Positions 58,225 through 64,000 of a stretch of DNA of 64,000 nt are shown here, piece by piece (positions within the stretch are counted from its first letter, which is position 1; the number at the start of each line of letters is the position of its first letter). Under the pieces are notes generated by a model, which was given only the letters and a program-made list of their open reading frames with translations, ran no database searches and had not been told where the DNA came from. This stretch comes from an uncultured Spirochaetota bacterium (GTDB taxonomy: Bacteria; Spirochaetota; Spirochaetia; SZUA-6; Fen-1364). A program made the position numbers and the translations under genes. Location: NCBI GenBank assembly GCA_963820525.1, contig CAWGAA010000001.1, positions 1,120,001 to 1,184,000 of the forward strand, written 5' to 3'.

Positions 58225-59031
58225 ATGATGGCCCCACTCATGCCAAGCTGGCTCCTGAAGGGAGAGGACTACGCTCCCCGGACGGACAGGGAAGCCTTCA
58301 TCGATCGGAGCATCGAGTCGCTGCTTCGCGTGCTGTCGAAGCTGCGCGCCCAGGATCGACCCGGGAAAGCGAGGCTTGCCTTCAGCGCGCACGCAAAGAT
58401 TCTCTCCACGGTGGTCGCGATCATTCTCCTTTCACTCTCGCAGAACCCCTCTTTCCTCCTGATCGCCGGCACCGTTTTGCTCGTTCTCCTGGGCATCCAG
58501 CGGGGAGAGCTGATCCTGAAAACCCTAAAAGCGTGCATACCCGCGGCGGCGCTGACCTTTGTCGTGATGCTCCCCTCCGTGTTCTGGGGAAACTCCAGGG
58601 GCGTCGTCATGATTTCAGCCAAGGTGTTTCTCTCCGTCGCCGCCGTGAGGCTCCTGTCGGGCACGACCGGGTGGACGCCGATGACGCGCGCTTTGAAAGC
58701 GCTCCGGGTTCCCGACATATTCCTTCTCGTCCTCGACACCACCGTCAGGTACATCGTGCTCCTCGGGGAGCTCTCTCTCGCCATGTTGTATGCCGTGAAG
58801 CTCAGGTCCGTGGGCAGAAACGGCGGAAAGGCGGCCTCGATCTCGGCGATTGCCGGCACTCTCTTCCTCAAGTCCCGGGACATGGCCGAGGACATGTATG
58901 CCGCGATGGAGTGCCGCTGCTTTACGGCAAGCTATGCGGTCAGGCGGAGGTTCGTGCCCTCTCCCGTCGATGCGCTTCTCCTGGCGCTGGACGGCCTGTT
59001 CATCCTCGCCTTCTTCGCGACGGGGAGCTGA
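58225..59031 (+). CDS. nikQ: ECF transporter T component (NikQ/CbiQ)
   Basis: RYI..L, KLRS, AMECRCF. Confidence 0.88.
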   Translation: MMAPLMPSWLLKGEDYAPRTDREAFIDRSIESLLRVLSKLRAQDRPGKARLAFSAHAKILSTVVAIILLSLSQNPSFLLIAGTVLLVLLGIQRGELILKTLKACIPAAALTFVVMLPSVFWGNSRGVVMISAKVFLSVAAVRLLSGTTGWTPMTRALKALRVPDIFLLVLDTTVRYIVLLGELSLAMLYAVKLRSVGRNGGKAASISAIAGTLFLKSRDMAEDMYAAMECRCFTASYAVRRRFVPSPVDALLLALDGLFILAFFATGS

Positions 59032-59032
59032 C

Positions 59033-59758
59033 GTGATAGATCTCAGGGATGTCTCGTATCGCTATGAGGATGGCGAGGCCCTCCGTCACGTCGATCTTCA
59101 TATCTCCCGGGGCGAATCGGTGGCGTTCATCGGCCCGAACGGCTCGGGAAAGTCCACGCTGCTGAAGCTTCTCAACGGCATTATCGCCCCCCACCAGGGC
59201 AGCTACTTCTTTGAAAACGTGGAGATCACCGGCAAGAAACTGAGGGATTCCGCCTTCGCGAAGCGCTTTCACCAGAAGATCGGATTTCTCTTTCAGAACG
59301 CGGATGCCCAGCTGTTCTGCCCCGCCGTCTACGACGAGGTGGCGTTCGGGCCGAGGCAGATGGGCTTCAGTGAAGGCGAGGTTGATGCTCGTGTCCTCGA
59401 TTGCTTGAAGTTGATGAACATCGAGCATCTCAAGACCCGCATTCCCTATCACCTGAGCGAAGGGGAGAAACGGAAGGTCGCCTTTGCGAGCGTTCTCGCG
59501 TTGAACCCGGACGTCCTTGCCCTCGATGAACCGATGAATGGGCTCGATGCCAGGACGAAGCGCTTCATCCGCGAGGTCATCCGCGCCCTGCACGCGGCGG
59601 GCAAGACCATCCTCTGCTCCACGCATGATTTCAAGTATGTCGAAGGGCTGTTCGTCCGCGGCATCGTCATCTCGGACGGCCACACGATTGTCCGTGATGA
59701 CGACTATGGCGCGATTCTGGCAGACACCGATTTCCTGACCGCCTGCAACATCCTCTGA
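59033..59758 (+). CDS. nikO: ECF transporter ATPase (NikO/CbiO)
   Basis: GPNGSGKST, FQNADAQLF, LSEGEK, LDEP. Confidence 0.9.
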   Translation: MIDLRDVSYRYEDGEALRHVDLHISRGESVAFIGPNGSGKSTLLKLLNGIIAPHQGSYFFENVEITGKKLRDSAFAKRFHQKIGFLFQNADAQLFCPAVYDEVAFGPRQMGFSEGEVDARVLDCLKLMNIEHLKTRIPYHLSEGEKRKVAFASVLALNPDVLALDEPMNGLDARTKRFIREVIRALHAAGKTILCSTHDFKYVEGLFVRGIVISDGHTIVRDDDYGAILADTDFLTACNIL

Positions 59759-59769
59759 AGCCCGGGCGA

Positions 59770-60471
59770 TCATTGCGCCTCGCCGGATTCCTCCAGCGCG
59801 TAGGCTATCGCCTCTGCAAGGCTCATCGCTTTGCCCTGGCTCCACGCCCGCCCGTAGGCCTCCTCCCCCAGCTTTTCTCGAACGAGGGCCGTCTCTCCCG
59901 CGAAATCGAAGACAAAGGGCCGCAGAGACCAGACAGGGGGAATGAGCCGCAATCGAAGATCGTCGGCCGCGGCGACAAACCGGGCAGCGCGCTCGAGGCT
60001 GCCTTCCGCCTTGGCAACAAGCGCGAGCACCAACAGACAATACTGGGTGCCCACGGTCTCTCGAAACTCCCTGTAGAGCGTGAGGCTCTTCCTCGCCAGG
60101 GCCGCCGCCTTTGCGTAGTCCGCGCCGCGCGCCGAGAGGTATCCCAGAAACACGAGGGATCCGGCGACGCCCCACTTGCGGACCCGAAGCGGCGTCGACG
60201 TGCTCCACTGTTCGGCGATCAGCTCCTGCTGGATGGCGCAGGCGGCCGCCACGGCATCCGTTGCGCGCGGGAAAACCGCGAAACGGCTGTCCCCTTCGCC
60301 CCGGGGCCGCACAATAGTTCCGCCGTGCCGCACCACTCCGCCTTCAACAAGCGCGTCGTGGCGCATCAGCGCGCGTCGCATCACCTCGGGGTCGCGTTCC
60401 CACAGCTCCGAGCTTGCCTCGATGTCGGTGAGCAGATAGGTAAGCGTTCCAGCGGGAAGAACGGGAGCCAT
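59770..60471 (-). pseudogene. Internally deleted adenylate-cyclase/STAND-ATPase/TPR protein (still an open frame)
   Basis: LPAGTLTYLLTDIEASS..GEGDS..PLRVR fused to a TPR-like tail ending GKAMSLAEAIAYAL; second cyclase half and the ATPase missing. Confidence 0.75.
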
Positions 60472-61280
60472 CAGCCCCCCGCATGCAGGACGCGGACGGC
60501 CACGGGAGCCGTCCGGCCTTTCAGGCTCAGGAGCCTGCTCTCGAGGCCCTCGGGCTCCAGGTTCGCCCCGGCGAGCGCATCCTCGGTTACAAGGATCTCT
60601 CCGGGGCCGGCCAGGCCGGCCAGGCGCGCCGTCGTGTTCACCGCGTCTCCCAGCGCCGTGAAATCGGACAGGCCTCCCTTGGAGCCAACGGCCCCCACGA
60701 AGGCCTTCCCCTTGTGAACGCCGACCCCGACCGGGATCCAGGGATCGCCCCGTCCCCCGTGGCCGGTGGCGCGTAGAAGCTCGCGGGCCGCCTGGACCGC
60801 CCGCCGCGTGTACTGCCCTCCCGCGAACCCTGAGGTATAGAGCGCCGCAACCTCGTCTCCGATGAGCTTTTCGATCAGGCCGTCGCTTTTTACAAGCACA
60901 TCGGTGGCCACGCGGTAGAAGCGGTCTATCAGGCGGCTGAACTCTCCATCCCCCAGCCTCTCGGCGAGCGCAGTTGAGCCGCGGATGTCTGCAAACACCA
61001 TAGCCAGCTCTATCTCGGCGCCGCCGGGATGCTGCCGGGCGAACACCTCGCAGTTGTTGCAGAACGTCGGATTCGCCTTTGCGGGCTCCTTGCCCATGAA
61101 AACCCTCACCAGGGTTCCCCCGATCCCCTCGAAGGGGGCATTGCAGATCCGGCAGCGGGGATTTCGCGGCAGCAGTTTCAAGATGTGGCGAAACAGACCG
61201 ACATCCATGTATTCGCGGCCCGTCGTGAGAAGCATCTCCCATGCCTTTTCGAAGCGGGCATCCTCTTTTGTCTCCGACAT
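60471..61280 (-). CDS. Class III adenylate cyclase with N-terminal CxxC...CxxC domain
   Basis: FADIRGST, KLIGDE, GVGVHKG, ALGDAVNTTARL, LKGR; CRIC...CNNC. Confidence 0.9.
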   Translation of the reverse strand: MSETKEDARFEKAWEMLLTTGREYMDVGLFRHILKLLPRNPRCRICNAPFEGIGGTLVRVFMGKEPAKANPTFCNNCEVFARQHPGGAEIELAMVFADIRGSTALAERLGDGEFSRLIDRFYRVATDVLVKSDGLIEKLIGDEVAALYTSGFAGGQYTRRAVQAARELLRATGHGGRGDPWIPVGVGVHKGKAFVGAVGSKGGLSDFTALGDAVNTTARLAGLAGPGEILVTEDALAGANLEPEGLESRLLSLKGRTAPVAVRVLHAGG

Positions 61281-61303
61281 TTCCCCCTCCTCACCTGCTC
61301 GCA

Positions 61304-62758
61304 TCAGGAGACCCGCCGCTCGGCATGCGGCCGCGGCCGGTCAAGCGCGGCGCCCGGCGGGCTCACCGGAATACGCACCGTAAAAACTGTTTTCCCCGGC
61401 CGGGAGGTGAAATCGATTTCCCCGCCGTGCCGTCGAACAATGCCATAGGCGATGTTCAATCCCTGACCGGACCCCTTGCCCAGAGGCTTTGTCGTGAAAA
61501 AGAGATTGAAGACCCGGGATTTGATATCCTCGGGAATGCCCGGCCCATTGTCTTCCACCTCCACCGCCACACCGTTATCCCGCCGACGCGTCCGCACTAC
61601 GATCTCCCCTTTTCCCGCGAGCGCGTCCGCTGCATTGTCGATCAGGTTGGTCCATACCTGGTTGAGCTCGCTTGCGTGCGCCGAAACGCGGGGAAGACCC
61701 TGGGCGTAATCCCGGCGCACGGTGATGCCCGGGGAAAGCTTGTGCTTCAGGATGATCAGGGTGTTTTCCAACCCCTCATGAATATCCACCTCCTGAACGG
61801 GCCCCTGATCGAGGTAAACATAGCTTTTGAGGGCCTTGACGATATCCGTTATCTGCCGGGCTCCAAGGGCGATTTCCTTTGAAAGAGATTCCACCACGTA
61901 AGAGGCGGAGATTAGCACTATGGCATCTTGAAGCAGGGGAAGCGGATAGACGCGGGCTAGCTCATCGAGCCCGGCGGGCGTGTATCCGATATCGGCCAGG
62001 TCCGGCGCACGCCGGCTCTCCTCAAGGAGCCCTCTTTTTTCGAGCCACTGCTCGATTGCCTCCTGCGTTTCGCCGCGTTTTGGATCGCTTGCGTCTCCCG
62101 GTCCGTCCGCGCTCTTGCGCGCTTGCGCCAGGCGCCGCGCAAGCTCATCAATGCGGTCCGGCGAGAGCCCCGCACGGACGAGGCGCTCTTGCGCGAAGCT
62201 CAGCTCTTCCACCGCGCGGCGGAGCTGCTCGGCGCCGCGAAGAGCGGCCGAGGCGGGATTGTTCAGCTCGTGAGCCATCCCCGCCGTGAGGATTCCCAGC
62301 TGGGCCATTTTCTCGCTCTGCATAAGCATGGCCTGGGTTTCCCGAAGGCGCGCCGTGACCGTGGCCAGGATGACCCTGGCGGCCGCCGGGCTCGAGGCGA
62401 GCAGCCGCTCAAACTCTCCGCCTCCGATAGCTAAAACGACGCTGTCAGAGAGTGCCCGCGCGCCCGCCATGCGCGGCGCCTTCTCCAGAAGCGCCATCTC
62501 TCCCACCACCTCGCCCTGCCGTCTCACCGCCAGGGTGACTTCCCTGCCGTCGGAGAGCTTGACGATCTCGATCTCTCCTTTTTCGATCACGTATGCGTAG
62601 TCTCCAGGACCGCCCTGCCTGAAAAGCTCCGCACCGGCGGCAAGGCTCACCTCCTTCACCATTGCGGACAGGCTTTCGAGGTCGGCCTCGGGAAGCTCCT
62701 TGAACAGGGCGACCCCTCTGAGGAAATCAAGCACCCGCCCCGCGCCTTCCCCGCTCAT
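61304..62758 (-). CDS. cNMP-binding-domain histidine kinase
   Basis: GEMALL..PRMA (cNMP PBC), AHELNNP H-box, NLIDNA, FFTTK, GSGQGL. Confidence 0.92.
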   Translation of the reverse strand: MSGEGAGRVLDFLRGVALFKELPEADLESLSAMVKEVSLAAGAELFRQGGPGDYAYVIEKGEIEIVKLSDGREVTLAVRRQGEVVGEMALLEKAPRMAGARALSDSVVLAIGGGEFERLLASSPAAARVILATVTARLRETQAMLMQSEKMAQLGILTAGMAHELNNPASAALRGAEQLRRAVEELSFAQERLVRAGLSPDRIDELARRLAQARKSADGPGDASDPKRGETQEAIEQWLEKRGLLEESRRAPDLADIGYTPAGLDELARVYPLPLLQDAIVLISASYVVESLSKEIALGARQITDIVKALKSYVYLDQGPVQEVDIHEGLENTLIILKHKLSPGITVRRDYAQGLPRVSAHASELNQVWTNLIDNAADALAGKGEIVVRTRRRDNGVAVEVEDNGPGIPEDIKSRVFNLFFTTKPLGKGSGQGLNIAYGIVRRHGGEIDFTSRPGKTVFTVRIPVSPPGAALDRPRPHAERRVS

Positions 62759-64000
62759 ACCGACTTCAGGTACTGGTGGATCAGCGCCACCGCCACGGCC
62801 CCTTCTCCCACGGCAGAGCCGACCCTCTTTACCGACATGTGCCGCACATCCCCGGCCGCGAAAATGCCGGGGACCCCCGTCTCCAGCAGATACGGGTCTC
62901 GCTTCAGGTTCCAGCTCTTCGGGCGCGTGCCGTCCGATACAAGATCCCGTCCGGTGAGGATGAACCCGGCCGAATCGCGCTCGACAAGCCCGTCCAGCAT
63001 GTCGGTGTGGGCCGCCGCTCCGATGAAAACGAACATGGCCCCGACGGCGAGCGTTTGCGGGGCGCCCCCGTTCCTTTCCCGTATCGTGACCGATTCCAGC
63101 CGCGACTCGCCCTTCACCTCGGAAACCTCGGCGCCCAAAAGGACGGCGATGTTCTGCGTGGATTGAATCTGCTCGACGAGATAGGCGGACATGCCGGACT
63201 CCAGGGATTCCCCCCGGACAACGAGGAACACGATCCTTGCATGGCGGGAGAGGAATATGGCCCCCTGTCCGGCGGAGTTGGCTCCCCCCACGACAACGAC
63301 GTCCTGCCCCTTGGAGTTGAGCGCTTCCGTCATGGCGGCGCCGTAGTAGATTCCGGCCCCCGTGAGGCGGTCCGCGCCGGGAAGCTCCAGCTTTCTCACG
63401 GACACCCCCGTGGAGATCAGAAGTGCATGGCAGCTGAGCTCGCTCGAATCCGCGAGGCGAACGAAACGGTAGGGATCCTCGACGCGCACCCCGATCACCT
63501 CGCCGCTCACGATCTCCACTCCGAAGCGCCTGGCCTGAATGGTGGCCCGGCGCGCTAAATCCCCGCCGCTCAGGCCCTTGGGAAAGCCGAGGTAGTTTTC
63601 GATCAGCGAGCTGGTGCCGGCCTGCCCGCCGGTGGCCTCCTTTTCGACAAGAACCGTGTGCAGGCCCTCGGAGCCGGCATAGACCGCTGCCGCCAGCCCC
63701 GCCGGGCCGCCGCCGATGATGGCAAGGTCATAGAAAGGACGCGCGGCCCTTGTCTGCAGGCCGCTTTTTTCGGCAAGCTCGCGAACGCCCGGATCCGCGA
63801 GGAAACTTCCATCGGGAAAGAGGACAACCGGAAGCTTCTGCATCCCATCCAGGGTGCCGAGAAGCCGCTGGGCTTCCCCATCCTTTTCGACGTCCATCCA
63901 CAGGTACGGGATCTGGTTTCTGGAGAGGAAATCCTTCACAGCGTGGCTCTTTGCGGACCAGACGGTGCCCAGCACTCGGATTCCTTCAAAGGGAGGCCTG
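62755..64000 (-). CDS. Thioredoxin-reductase-like FAD oxidoreductase with glutaredoxin-like domain (5' end beyond the window)
   Basis: GGGPAG, IENYLGFP, GGANSAGQ, AAGDVR..KRVGSAVGEG; frame open to the window edge. Confidence 0.9.
   Translation of the reverse strand, partial: RPPFEGIRVLGTVWSAKSHAVKDFLSRNQIPYLWMDVEKDGEAQRLLGTLDGMQKLPVVLFPDGSFLADPGVRELAEKSGLQTRAARPFYDLAIIGGGPAGLAAAVYAGSEGLHTVLVEKEATGGQAGTSSLIENYLGFPKGLSGGDLARRATIQARRFGVEIVSGEVIGVRVEDPYRFVRLADSSELSCHALLISTGVSVRKLELPGADRLTGAGIYYGAAMTEALNSKGQDVVVVGGANSAGQGAIFLSRHARIVFLVVRGESLESGMSAYLVEQIQSTQNIAVLLGAEVSEVKGESRLESVTIRERNGGAPQTLAVGAMFVFIGAAAHTDMLDGLVERDSAGFILTGRDLVSDGTRPKSWNLKRDPYLLETGVPGIFAAGDVRHMSVKRVGSAVGEGAVAVALIHQYLKSV

Noticed and set aside
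62755..64000. Calling the gene trxB
   Set aside because: The redox-active CxxC is replaced by YYGAA and there is an extra N-terminal domain
1..64000. CRISPR array, rRNA, intact IS or prophage, reverse transcriptase
   Set aside because: No regularly spaced repeats, rRNA signatures, transposase, structural phage genes or RT motifs seen by eye

Overview
GC-rich bacterial DNA; the gene families suggest an anaerobic environmental lineage such as Spirochaetota, but that is inference only. The left end (1-4.3 kb) is an integration hotspot: a tRNA-Asn 3' half (att-like) beside a decayed recombinase, two HicAB pairs, one RelE/RHH pair, a broken MNT-HEPN pair, and hsdM and DUF429 remnants. The rest is accessory and metabolic genes: a pabABC operon; two ECF sigma modules; a hexuronate cluster (uxaC, uxuA, SDR, kdgK) headed by an atypical URO-D-family gene and facing a divergent GntR plus ABC transporter; a solitary tyrosine recombinase; rhlE; a LacI-sensor/HK/REC/GGDEF hybrid with a Zn-ribbon insert; an orphan CbbQ/NorQ + VWA pair; alaX; a Tat-type DUF362 + polyferredoxin pair divergent from nikR-nikMNQO, with a direct-repeat NikR operator; and a TrxB-like/cNMP-kinase/adenylate cyclase module cut by the right edge. 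About ten truncated or internally deleted gene remnants and several single-base frameshifts are scattered through the window. The best candidates for undescribed biology are the URO-D-like gene in the uronate operon (possible handling of O-methylated uronates) and the redox-cAMP module. All family assignments come from motifs recognised by eye; no database search was run.
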